Source: Callorhinchus milii (lineage: Eukaryota). Taken from it: DNA of 64,000 nucleotides. A program made the translations under genes and the position numbers. How positions within the stretch are numbered: position 1 is the first letter of the stretch; each line of letters starts with the position of its first letter. Location: positions 24,118,001 to 24,182,000 of the forward strand of contig NW_024704746.1 in assembly GCF_018977255.1 (NCBI RefSeq), read 5' to 3'. Below the pieces are notes generated by a model. It was given only the letters and a program-made list of their open reading frames with translations, ran no database searches and was not told the origin of the DNA. This document shows positions 11,401 through 24,011 of the stretch, piece by piece.

Positions 11401-14400
11401 CTGAGGATCAGCCTGGCCGAGAGCGATTGAAGAGGCTTAAATCACTATCACATATGGTTGTCAATTCCCAATGGACACAGGAAGCTGCTTCCCATCACAG
11501 GACCGGACCAGCTCCACTTCACACTCTGCTTCTCTACATATTTTTTGCATCATGATTTATGACTGTTGGCACCTGAATATTCAATCCCTCCGGAGTACAG
11601 AAAACTCATTCAGTGATGAGATCACCTTAAATACTCCTTTTATTTAAAAAGAAACATTGTACCTTCAATTCAATTCCCCTAAAACATGGCCCCTTCCTTC
11701 TCCAGGTGAGAGTGAGAGGGCAGAGACACTAGCTATCCCAGCCAGGCTTCACTCAATACCTGGCAAAGGCTTCTCCTCCTCTCTATGTGCTAATTCCTTT
11801 CAGGGATCTTGCCCCAAACAGCCATTGTTCATGTGCAGATTTCATAAATGTTAGCCAGCACGATCAGTATGTGGATCAGAGCCAAGCTGGGATCTGTCCT
11901 CACCCTAAGTCCATACACAGTTTCCATGAGGTGTCTTCAGATATTGGGAACCTATGTTGATTTCCTCCCCCAACCCTCCCTCAGCTCAACCGAGATGAGC
12001 TAACTCAGCCCACAGGCTCGGACATTGTCGTTTTGCTGAGAATCAGATGAGTTCAACCCAGGAGGTTTGAGCACTTTTATTTCCCTGTCACGGAGCGGGA
12101 ATGGAACGAGCCTGGTAGGAATGCATAGCCTCTGTCTACCTACTCTAATCACGTGGATAAGCAACATACAAAAGCATTCCAAAGGATACACTGCAAAGTA
12201 TAGTAACTGTTTTTCCTAAGCAAACAGTTACAAGAAAAGGTAGGATATTGTGTGCATGATTCCACACACAGCTTCCATGGTCAGGTTCATCATCAGGTGA
12301 GGGTGTGAGTGGGGGTGGGGTGGGGGGAGATCAGTGTAAATGAAGGCTAAGAACATTCCAACAATTAGGTCCCCCCCCAACCCCACACACTCCCCTCAGC
12401 TGCTGTTTATGACAGATGGTGGTTTAATGTTTTCCCCATTTGTTGTGAGAATCAGTAGACAGAGTGATAGGGTCAGGTGGGAAAACTCCTATCTCACCGG
12501 CTTTTCCCCTCCCACTCCTGTGATAGCCCGGACAACTGTCTAACCCTGCTCCTCAGACCTGTCAGCGACAGGCATCAATGTTAATTGAACGGGGAGGGGG
12601 TCGTGGAGGTGGGGGCACGGGGGGGGAAATAGATCGCCCATACAACATGCAACATGATTGGAGTATGAATGGCTTGTCACTCAAATCTCCAGATTTGTAA
12701 GGAATTGAATCCAGTGGGAATGGGACAGAATTGGAAATACTGGAATTTCTCCCCTTTCCCAACACAGTGGCAGAGCACAATACTCCCCCAGAATAGAAAG
12801 GCATCAGATTCCCTTCCCCTCCCTGCCCCCCAAAACAAAGTCTGGTAACAAATCATCCTCTCAGTCCCTTATCTGAGGAACATTGATGGGGCAAAAGAAG
12901 AAATGGGGGTGAGGGGCTGAAGGGGGAAAATAACTTTAAAAACTGAGCAATTTAAAACATTTCACCGAAGAACACAATGAAAAATAATAATAATAATTTT
13001 GTCGTCTAATAAGGCTTCCAAGCAAAACCTACCTGATAATGAAATCAAACTCGGAGCCAGCTAACATCAGGACCCCGAGTAGCGTGGAGATTGCCCCGTC
13101 TATCACTGGTGCGAACATGTGTTCCAATGCTACAGCTGTACGCAGGTTTCTGTTCCCAATGGCAGTAAGGAAACCCTAGAGTGTAATAAAAACAGAATCG
13201 AGATTAAAATTAAGGTCCTGCAACCATCAATCTCACCTCATGTTCAACACATAGTCCAACATGGTCATTCAAAATAGGTCTTTGAAGAACCCATTCCCTC
13301 TTTTGCTAAAAAGCACTCCTCTAAAAAAAATTGATTAATTCTCGTGTCCTCAGTGGTTTCTGACATCAGATCCACCTCAAACCACCCCAACATTTTGGGG
13401 CATTATGTTTCCATGATTTTCAGGAGCGGCCACTAAGCTGTTGGTAAAGGTTATTCCAAGTCTGCTGTCAGATATCCTGCAAATGTTGAAAATGCCCCTG
13501 CTGGATCGCTCTGTACCATAAGGTAGCACAGTGGGCATGGGCAGGTCAAGGTTGCTTAGATTCCCTGGAACAGTGGCCAGGATACTCCTTGGGAAGATGG
13601 CATAGATGGGTAGAGTAGTAGAGGAAAAGCAATGGTGATGTACTTACCAGAGCCACGTGGACAGTGAATTCCACTCCAATTCCCACAGATGCAATGAGGA
13701 TGACCACAGGGATTGCACTCAGTTTGATGCCAATTAATCCCATGATTCCAAACAGCTCCACCGTCATCATAGCCAGAATAAACACCTGGAGAAAAATAAG
13801 AGGTGGTGATGATTTTAGATTAATTTACAATTATCAGCAAAAGCAACAGAATACGGACAATGTACAAAATATACAGTTAATTCACTTTACAGTATATTCT
13901 GTGAAGTGCTTTGAGACGTCTTGAAGACATGATGAGGTATTATGTTAAGTCCTGCATCTAAACCTTCATTATTTCTTTCGCTTTCAGCCGCTACACCACA
14001 AAACTCTGTCACACTGTCCCTCAATCCCTCCACCTTGCCCCCTCTCTCCCCTTTTTCAAGTCCCTCCTGAAAACCTTCCTCTTCCACCTAGCCCTCCCAC
14101 CCACCCGGCTCGGAGTCAGGCTCCGCCACTGTTAAGCCCTCTGAGATGCTACCCTGCGTGGAGGGCACTATATAAGTGCAAGTTGTTGTCGTATATTAAA
14201 CGCAAGGATTATTATTATAGATTATACTTGTAATGACATGAGGCCAATGGATTGAACCTCACATAGATTATCTGTTCAGTTGATCAGATCGGAGCACTTA
14301 ATAAAACAAAGGGGGAGTGTAATATTGACATAAATAATTAAGGTATAGATGCAAGACTTTAGAACCATGACGTTTTATTCTGGGACCCTTTCGTTGACAG

Positions 14401-17400
14401 AATTTGAAAAGCTTCCTGTTAGGTTGAAGATATACTTTGAGGGTTAATTCGAAAGGGGGAAGGGTGCTTGCCCTTTTGTAAGAAAACTCTGCAGCTCTCG
14501 GGGTTTGTTTATAGTCTGTGCTTTTATCTTGTGCTCAGAGCTATTTAAATGTAAATTCCTCGAGCCCCTCTAGCCCAGACCTGGGGAAGATGAGGTTAGC
14601 AGCAAGCCAGCGTTCTCTCTGAACCTTGGTGCCACTATCATCTGTTAGGCATCAAGTTACAGGGGCCTCCAGTGCGATTCAAATGCTCAGTGTTTACAAG
14701 GAATGTCTGCCACCTTTAAACTAGGGATAAGCATACCTCACAAAAACAGTGCCCACTCGGAACTCTTTGCTTGAGAGACTTACATATTTGGCTGCATGAC
14801 TATGGCGAGTGGCTGAATCTTTTTCTGCCTGCGTGAAAATGTCTCTCTACGTCTCTTTTTACTCCTCTGCCTCCTCCACACTTAGGCTGATATGATTTTT
14901 TGCTTTGAAATCAGCACGGGGCAGGTATTGTCATGCGTTTAGACGACCGCACATGGAACTATGGAAAAACTATGAAAATATTCCTGCGCGTGAATAGGAT
15001 TCACGTTATGCCTGGCGAGGGCAGGTTTCCTGCATGTCTCTCATCACAAGAGCCGTCAAGAAGCATCTACTCATCCAACCAAAGACACCAGAGGAAGAGG
15101 AACGCTGCATTCAATTTTTCTCAACACAAAAAAAAAATGATTCTGAATGAAGTCCGACAGCGCTTGAACACAGAAGCTAGAATGAGACTTTCCATCTGTG
15201 AGGATCTATTCTTACTCCCTCCACCTCAAGGCTGCAATCTCAACAGTGCTGAGCTTCAAGGCTGGGCAGCGGAGGAAAGACTTAAGGAGTGGAGGAAGGG
15301 CACCTCACATTTCTTGGGCAACTCTTGCACGTCAATGACTGGCAGAGACCTGGGTACAAACTACACATCACGCAGTAGGTCGAGTATGTTCCACTCACAG
15401 GGCTCAGATCACAGTGTCACAATCAAATTTCAGGCTTTACATTTTTATGATGACAACTGCACCCCGAAGGTGTTGCAACCTGGAACCCACCCAATCCTTG
15501 AACCCACCCAATCCTTGAACCCACCCAATCCTTGAACCCACCCAATCCTTGAACCCACCCAATCCCAGCCATTGTTTATTCTCTTTATAAATCGCAGTGA
15601 GAACTATACGAGCTACTAATCCACCAACATAATAACATGGTACTGACCATACCATTCACTTTCTACCCTGAGGTTGAATGTCATATTCAGCCCGGGTACA
15701 TTATCACCATCAGTGGCACGGCAGTTTTGTGCTGTTTACTATACTGGATGGTTCCTATTATAGATTTACTGGCGATTGCACCTTCTGTTGCTGCTATCAT
15801 TACAGCCATCAGCTTTTGCAACCTGGCTGTGTATTACATAGGAGGACGGTGTGTTAAATATTACCAGGCCATACCTGGGGGGTAATGAATTAACCGACTG
15901 TAAAATCATTTATTCCAAAGAAACAGTAACATCCTCTTGTGCAGGTATAACACTGCTGTGTGCAATCGGCTGTGGCATTTTGCCCACAAAACAGTCACTG
16001 CACTTTACAGTATATTCTGTGAATCAACAATGTGATAAAGCGCGATATCAAATGCAAGGCTTATTTATTATTATATTATTGTGTATATTGAAGATTAAAA
16101 TACCCTTACAATGCAAAACAACTTTAATTTACATTTCACGACTAAGCAGCAGTTAGGGATTCCTTTACCAAAGATTCCTGGTTTTCCCCTGTGGTTCTCT
16201 TTTGAAGCTGAATATGCGTTTTATGGTATCATTCCATGGCCTTGGAAAAATGCCTTGTGATGACCCTTTCTGGCCAAAGCCCTCCCTCCTCCTTCTACAC
16301 TGTGAAATCCTTCCCAGGCACATTGCTGCCTTAGCCCTTCAGCTGTTGATGGATTGATTTAGCACATGAAGGTCAAGCCAAGGACAATTCTTTTCCCAAA
16401 TTCAAACAGACAGGGATGTGGGGGTCCCTTGAGCGCTGACTATTTTATCACTGTTTTCTTAAAAGATTACTTCCACTGTACTCCATCAGCCCGGAACGAT
16501 ATCTCGTGGAGTTTAATTTATTGGCCACTGTCAGTGTTCCTTCAGAGACTACGAAGGTTATAAAAATGAAGCTGTACTTTCTCTCTGGCGTTTCCAACTG
16601 TCCATTTCTACGAAGAATGTTTAAGGTTTGGTTTTACCCCTATTACAGATATCTTACTTGTCCGACAAACACTAAGCCTGACAGTCTGCACCACAACGTC
16701 AGCTAGAAGATTTGCTTTCCAAAAACCCTGATTCAGGAAGAGCTCCAGTCAGTGCTATCCGTGTTCCACCTGTCAACACGATCCAGAACAATCCATCCAA
16801 CTCCATGTTCAANNNNNNNNNNNNNNNNNNNNNNNNNNNNNNNNNNNNNNNNNNNNNNNNNNNNNNNNNNNNNNNNNNNNNNNNNNNNNNNNNNNNNNNN
16901 NNNNNNNNNNNNNNNNNNNNNNNNNNNNNNNNNNNNNNNNNNNNNNNNNNNNNNNNNNNNNNNNNNNNNNNNNNNNNNNNNNNNNNNNNNNNNNNNNNNN
17001 NNNNNNNNNNNNNNNNNNNNNNNNNGTGTGGTTCTGCAAGGCCGAGAGATCCTGGAAATTCAAAGAAGCCGACCACAAGATCCACAAAGATCAGACGTAA
17101 AATATTGCATGTAAAATGTGAAGTGACAGTTAACGATCCCAGAAATTGTTTCAAAAGTCCACCTCAAGGTTTGCCCAGGATGCTCTCCAACAGAACAGAG
17201 ACAAACACCAGATGTGCCATGTTGGGAGAGTTCCAGGTGTTCCCTCACATCTGGTAAAAATCTTAACTCATCCTCACGGGCAAGGCTTGCGAGTCTGCAG
17301 CACCAGGGAGATAGATAGGCTCTATTTATGGAATATTCTAGGTTGATACCACTTTGTCTGGTTTTAGCACAACAGAGAGGTGAAAACTTAAGAGGAAAAA

Positions 17401-20400
17401 AAATTATGTCTGGTGTGAGTGTTGGTAATAAGAGCAAAACTGAAAAACCTTTACTAAAATAAGGTCAAAATATAGGTCATTTGGTAACACTGTCTTTATC
17501 ATAACATTCCCTCTTCTAGAGACTCAAATTGTAGTGCATGTTAGACCCTATAGTCTCTGAATATCTGTATAAATCTGCAAAGAAACAACAGAACAACAAC
17601 GACAACAAATTACATTTGTATAGCGCCTTTCACGTTGGGAAGACGTCCCAAGAACAAGGTGCATCACATTTCCCTTCTGACTGTTGTGCCCACTAAACGA
17701 TTGGCAAACACTTACAATGATGCCTGCTGTCCAGGGATTGAGGAGGAGGAGAGCGCACACCAGGAAGGTGCAGGCCAGTACAATGCTGATCGAGAGGAGG
17801 AACCAGTGTCTCAGGCCGATGTACTGCTCCCAGAACAGGAAAGGGTAGCCATTGGGATAGTTCAGCACCCCCTTCTTAGTGAACTCGTCACAGATCGCCC
17901 GCACGCTCTCGATGGCCTCGATAAAGTCTGATGTCCGCTGCAGGCCGGTCAGATAGAAAGGAAACTGGGCAAACTCGATGGGTTCTGCAGCAGGAACTGT
18001 GGGAGACAGAAAAAGACTTTAGTGAAGCTGAGACAGACAGTTAAGCAGTTTAAGTCACTGTCACTGCACATCAGTTATCAATTTCTGATTAAAACCAAAA
18101 ATGGTCAAATATTGAAGGGAAACTATAGATTTAGTGATTATTGATATATTCCTCATTCTGTATTTTAGGACAGTAGGGATTAAACTCTGTCATTATCTCA
18201 CTGTGTGATATGTACCTCTTGATCTGATCTGCATCACAATAATCCTTCTATCGCAGCAAGTGCAACCAGCTTCTCCTTAAAGTGGGAGTTAGACGTGCTG
18301 CCACAGGGAACATCTGATTTCTGTAGGCAGGACATGACCATTTTGGAAGGGTCACTGGATGTCCAAATGACCTGTGAGGCCGGGTCACAGGGCTGCTGAT
18401 TGCTGAGCACAGGTGGCTGCTGTTAATGAGGGGGAGGGGGAGGGGGGAGGACCCACTGCAACCGGAGAGAAGCCTTCCTCAGTATCAAGATGCCACATCT
18501 GCTAGCACAGAGGACAGGTGACACCATTCACAACTCAGATCTCAGAGGTCCCTCTGTACCATCACCCTCTCCTCCTGTGGGGGTGGGGGGGGAGGTAAGA
18601 GGGGTCTCCATGGAGCTGATCTGGCTCTCCTCTCTCACTCTCTCTCCCCTCCCAACTCCTCCCCACCACCACCAAATCCCCCCAACACTTCTGGTTGAGA
18701 TCAGGAACCTGGGCACCCAATGACCACTCCAAATGGACTCACTGATAAATCAATCTCAGGCTCATTTTTCACAATGTGCCTCCTCGGCAAAGGCCAAACA
18801 CATTGCCCGGCAGATGGGAAAAGGATGACTCTTCACAGAATAGATTGTAAAATGGACTGACTGTGTATTATGCTCATCTCTCAGACACTGGTGGACAAGT
18901 AAGCTTTAGTGATGTGCCTGACAGGTTTCCCTATTCAACAAAAGTCTTTACGACGCAGCTCTTCCTCACAATACCTACTTCTCAAGTTCTCCCCGGTTGT
19001 GTCGTACTTGTCGTGGATCCACTCGGGTGGATGGGGGTTGAAGTTAGCCTGAGACGCAGCGTAACCCAGAGGATCATTGCTAGCCCACACCGTCAGGTAG
19101 ATATAAAAGGTGTCAGGATTGATAATTCCATCTTCATCCAGTAACTTCTTGGAAGTCAACTACGAAAAAAGAAGACCCTCCACCTGTTAGCTTCTCGGGT
19201 GTGATACAGCACCTTATCACATCATCGAAACATCTCAAAGTGCTTTACAGGATGGACTGTGACATGTTGTGACTGTGGATTTGTAGGCAAAGGCAGTTAC
19301 TCTCGTGAATTGCTTGAGTGAGACTTGTAATTAAATCCAACTTAGTGTGAATGAAAAGGCAATTTTCACTGTGAACTCACTTCTGGTGGCACTAAAACAA
19401 CCCAAACATAAATCATCCGGATCCTCAGAGAATCTATTGCCATCCAAATTGGAGGTGACAGGACATTGCTCTAACTATGTGGACCACCCCTTCCCCAGAA
19501 CATGTTAAAGTTACAACTTTTACGGTGATTTCATGATAGTGTTGTTCCCCAATTTATTTACATTCATCCAGAGCAGCAGAAGGATTAACAGCAGCCATTA
19601 TCTGATAGCCTCGGAATCAACCATGCGCATGTGACTAACCTGGTTATAGTTGAAGGGTTCTTTCTTGTTTCCAGTTTGTATGAGTAGCTTATAGGCAAGA
19701 ACTCCGTCTTCTGAACCATTTCGGTAACTTTCCTTGGTGATCCGACCTGTCCTCCAGTCCTCATCAAATGCCACCTGCAATCCTGGAGGAAGGAATCAAC
19801 AGCATTTCAGAACACGACAGGTCTTTGCACTTAACTACAACCCCAGTCTCTGAAGAACATTGATTTACAGATAGGTGTTGAGTTAGCTCGACATTGCAAT
19901 AAACCCAATCTCAGAAAAATCACTCCTCACTGAACAGGTGTGAATTTTACATTTCCCAAATGCCCTCGAAAATTTCCCTCGAGTGAGATTTGTGTCAAAT
20001 TAAGAGTTAAATATAGATCAAGGAATGCCATCTTCAGATCAAAACACATATTTGACATTCAGATATTGTTCAGAAATCACCCAAGTTTTCTGTTGTAGTT
20101 TACAATGTATTACTATTATTATTATTATTATTATCTGGAGGCGGGTGCCCTACCGAGCCTGACATTAAGTGCTTGATATTAATAATATTGCCTTGAAACT
20201 GGGTGGTAAAATTAGAAAGCAGTTAGCCCAAGATTTCAATGTAGATTTAATTAAGAAATAAAACATGAAATGACAATAAACCGACAGTTTGTTGCCACCA
20301 CTTTGTTAAAAGAAATAAATAAGAAAAAATGCACTTCAAAGCGAGTCATTTAACATCACAGCAAAATAGACCACAATAAGGGCTGGAAATGACTAGGGCT

Positions 20401-23400
20401 GTAAAAGGAACAGCGTGCAAGTTTATTTATTTTATTTTTGGAAACTTTGAATGATGATACCCTGTGTGGTCTGACAGAAAAGGGTAATAATTACTTTGAA
20501 AAACCAATAGGCTGCTCAATCTGTCACGCCTGTGACAAAAGGCATTTTATTTTAACCATTAAACTCCATCTGGCAAAAACCCTTTGAACATGCAAATAAA
20601 AGCCTCTTCATTTTCCTTTTATTTTGCATCTGTGTGTGTCTCTGGACCGTTTCGCTGCCCCTTGTTTTAGTGCCGTCTGAGTGTGTCTCTCTGTCACTAC
20701 GTCTCTCTCTGCTGTGCCTATGGCTCTGTTACTTGCTCGCACGTGAGGAATGGTTGATTAAGATGAGGTGCTGGAGAGCTGCCAGTGCATGTGGAACTCT
20801 ACCCCAGGAGAGGATCGGGAAACAATGAAAGTGGGAATAAATTATACTGAACCAGTAACAAAGTGATTCCAGCAGGACTGTTCTTTCCTAGAAGGTAGTA
20901 ATTGAGAATATCTCCTGGGAACCAGCAAAATATGATACCTATGGAAGTTATGACGACATAACTTGGCCATGTTTGTGTATACAACTCTGTACGTATTCAG
21001 CAGCAACGGGACAAGCTAGATGTTGAGATACTTCAGCATTTTCATTGCATAAAGAGTTCTACACTGGTGCTTGGTGGGAGAGACGCGAGTAGGTATAAAT
21101 TGAGTGCAATTACATGCTTCTGTGGAGGATACACACCAGAATTGGCAATAAGCAATGGCTACGATAACTTGGTATAGACAGCACTAGTGGCCTTGACTTT
21201 AAGGTTTCAATTCTTTAACAGCAAGGGAGAAAAGGAAGGTGGAATGTCACTGAGGCTTTGAGAGACCTGTAAGACTTGATGCAGAGCTGTACAAATTCAC
21301 TCCTCAAAGCTCCGCGCACACTAGGCTCTTGGAAGAACGTTGGTTGAACTCGGGGGAGATTTGGGTCAAACAGTTCAAAGACTTGAGCATTTCTGGCTAC
21401 CAGAAGTTTCGAGAGTTCTGTGGCTGTCCTCACAAAGTCTTAGTAAAGCTACGTGGAGCGAGTATCTCTGGCTAATAACATGGCGGGCGCGAGTAAAACA
21501 CCATCCAACTCATTGGGCACAGACACTGAGGCCTCAGCACCAAACACAAGTAACCAGCCAGCACCACCTGATTGGTGGAATCGTAGATAATTTCCCCCCA
21601 AAAAAACTTTTAGTCAAACTAATCGTTGTGCGTGCACAGACTGTCTCCTAAACTAGTGGTTGAATCATAGGTTAGTTTGCTTCCCTTGTAGGGTCTTAGT
21701 GGTGCATACTGTAATGATTTAAAAGCAGGAATGCACAAGACAAGGCAGAACGTTGACTAGAAAGGAGACCTCCGCGATCGCATTTGGCTTTCCAGATGTG
21801 CTTCTTTTCTCTTCCCACACCCGCCTTCCCTCCCTCTCCCTCTCTCTCACTCTGTCCCACTCTCCCTCCCTCCCTCCCCCCAGCATATATCAGCCAAGTG
21901 CACATCTGAATAGTAGACAGTTGAAATTCCACAAAAAGGAATTATGTGTGTGTTCTGGCAAAGTGTACAGCAATACAACACAACAGCAAATACCCAAACA
22001 AAAAAAAGAACAAATATCACACGATCCAAGCAATTTCCAAAGCAGCTAAATAAATCTTCAAAACAGAACAAAAAAGCTAGGAGAAACAATTCTAATCTCC
22101 GGCCTTTGTAAAGAGATTCCAGTGGGTGTCGTCAGTTACAGGATCCACCTCATGCACATCCTGGGCAGAGAGTTGGGTGTTTGTCAAATTGATTCTGGCT
22201 AAAATGTAAACACACCTTGTCATTCAATCTCAGCGCTGCAATCAACTGGAGCCCTGGAGGCATCAGCTTGTAATACGAGTACGGTTACTGGGAAAAAAAG
22301 CGGTGGTTTCTCCCACCCGCCCCCACCTCACCTCCCTCCCTCCCCAACAGCCCGAAAGGCAAAAGCAATTCAGCTTGAGACGAGATCTCTCTCTGACTTG
22401 ACTGTCACGAGAGCTGGACACAGCTGTGCAGCCTCTGTCTGTTGCGTGTCTAAGAACAGTGATGTTCAGTTGTACCCGGGGCACCGACCGCCAAGGCTGC
22501 CCGCAGAAACCAACAGTGAAGTAGGGAACATTTACGGTCTGAGCAATGCTGACAAAGAAGGCGACTGAAGTTCACCAGGTTGGGTTTCTTACCCAACGTA
22601 AAATCAAATGATCTCAAGCCTCTACGCTAACTTGCCTTCACAGAGAAGGGGCAAAAAAGAAGGAAAGTAACAAGAAAGATCATCACTTAAAACTGATCAA
22701 TAACTACAATTGTAGCTCATCACGATAAATACTATTTGGTCACTTCTCCTTTTATTATTATTACTATTATTATTCTCCAGGGTTAATTTAATTTTTAAAT
22801 TGACATTGAGTGTAGCGCTGAACTCACGACTGACCCTCTAGTACTAGTGCAATGTAGATGGGATATTTATGAATAAAAGCACACCTTGCTCTTATTTGCT
22901 ATTAATCTCTGAATTAAAATGTTGGGGCTCAAAGTTTCTTGAGCTCTTCAGCTCCCATCACATTGGATTTTTAGAGGAATTTCAATTGGTGCATCATTTA
23001 ATTTGCTATTCACTCTTCATCTGTGAAGTGCTTTGAGAAGTCTCGGCGCTATATCAAATGCAAGGATGATTACTATTAGCAATTTACAAGTCAAATAAAA
23101 CGTGCTCGGGTGGCGACAAGGACAGGCACAGGGATGGGAGTCAGGGGAGGGAATATTCTAAAATTGTGTTTGATGTGGTTTCCATCAGTGAGGTCCTGTT
23201 TATTAGCAGTGTTTGCAGTCCACAACTATAGCGGAGCGTAGGCAGACAGACACAACACGGAGCAAGAAGCCAAAGCCATATCAAGCCTCCTCGTTGAACC
23301 CCGAGACAAGTTTACTCTGAAGATAACGCGAGATCCTCTGATACCAATGTTCATCAACTCTTTTCTTTTCCTTCATTTCGAACACTGAGCATTACAACAA

Positions 23401-23975
23401 CAAAATTACATTTGTATAGCGCCTTTCACGTCGGGAGGACGTCCCAAGGCACTACACTATTTGCGGGGGAAATAAAACCTAATGAATGCGTCAGTTACTA
23501 ACAGGTTCTTAAATGCTTCTTGTGCACGTTGATGCTTTCAAGATATTTTGATTCCTGCCTTAGCTTCACGCTCTCACCACACAGCAATTGCAAGGCTTAA
23601 CATTTCCCCCACTCCCTCATCTCGCTAATCCAGAAGCTTTCAGAATCCAATACAATTTTATACATGTCATGTCTGACTCTATAGAAATTGGGCTTCTTTA
23701 TCCACAAGCCTTCATAATCCAATAAAAGATGCCACCCACAAATTTGTTCAGATTGTTGAGTCTCAGCTGTATATCATTACAATTAAAACACCACACGCAG
23801 GCAGACAAGGGCATTCTGTACAAATCTAAAAACAAGCTGGAATACAGCCAACTCTGAATGAGGCCCGCCTCTGGGGTCTCGATATATGGTCTACGTCCCT
23901 TACCCTGTGCACTCCTACTCCCTCTCACTCAATGCGTATGTGTGTGCCCTTTCTCTCTCACTGTGTGTGTGTGTC

Positions 23976-24011
<36 letters not shown>

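Noticed and set aside
14933-15535. 200-aa plus-strand ORF as a nested gene
   Set aside because: No recognisable domain, it ends inside the tandem repeat, and its length is compatible with chance.
15481-15565. CRISPR-like array
   Set aside because: The units are contiguous with no spacers, the context is a eukaryotic intron, and there are no cas genes.
16699-17257. ORFs of 92-181 aa on both strands
   Set aside because: They are artefacts of reading through the 213-N gap.
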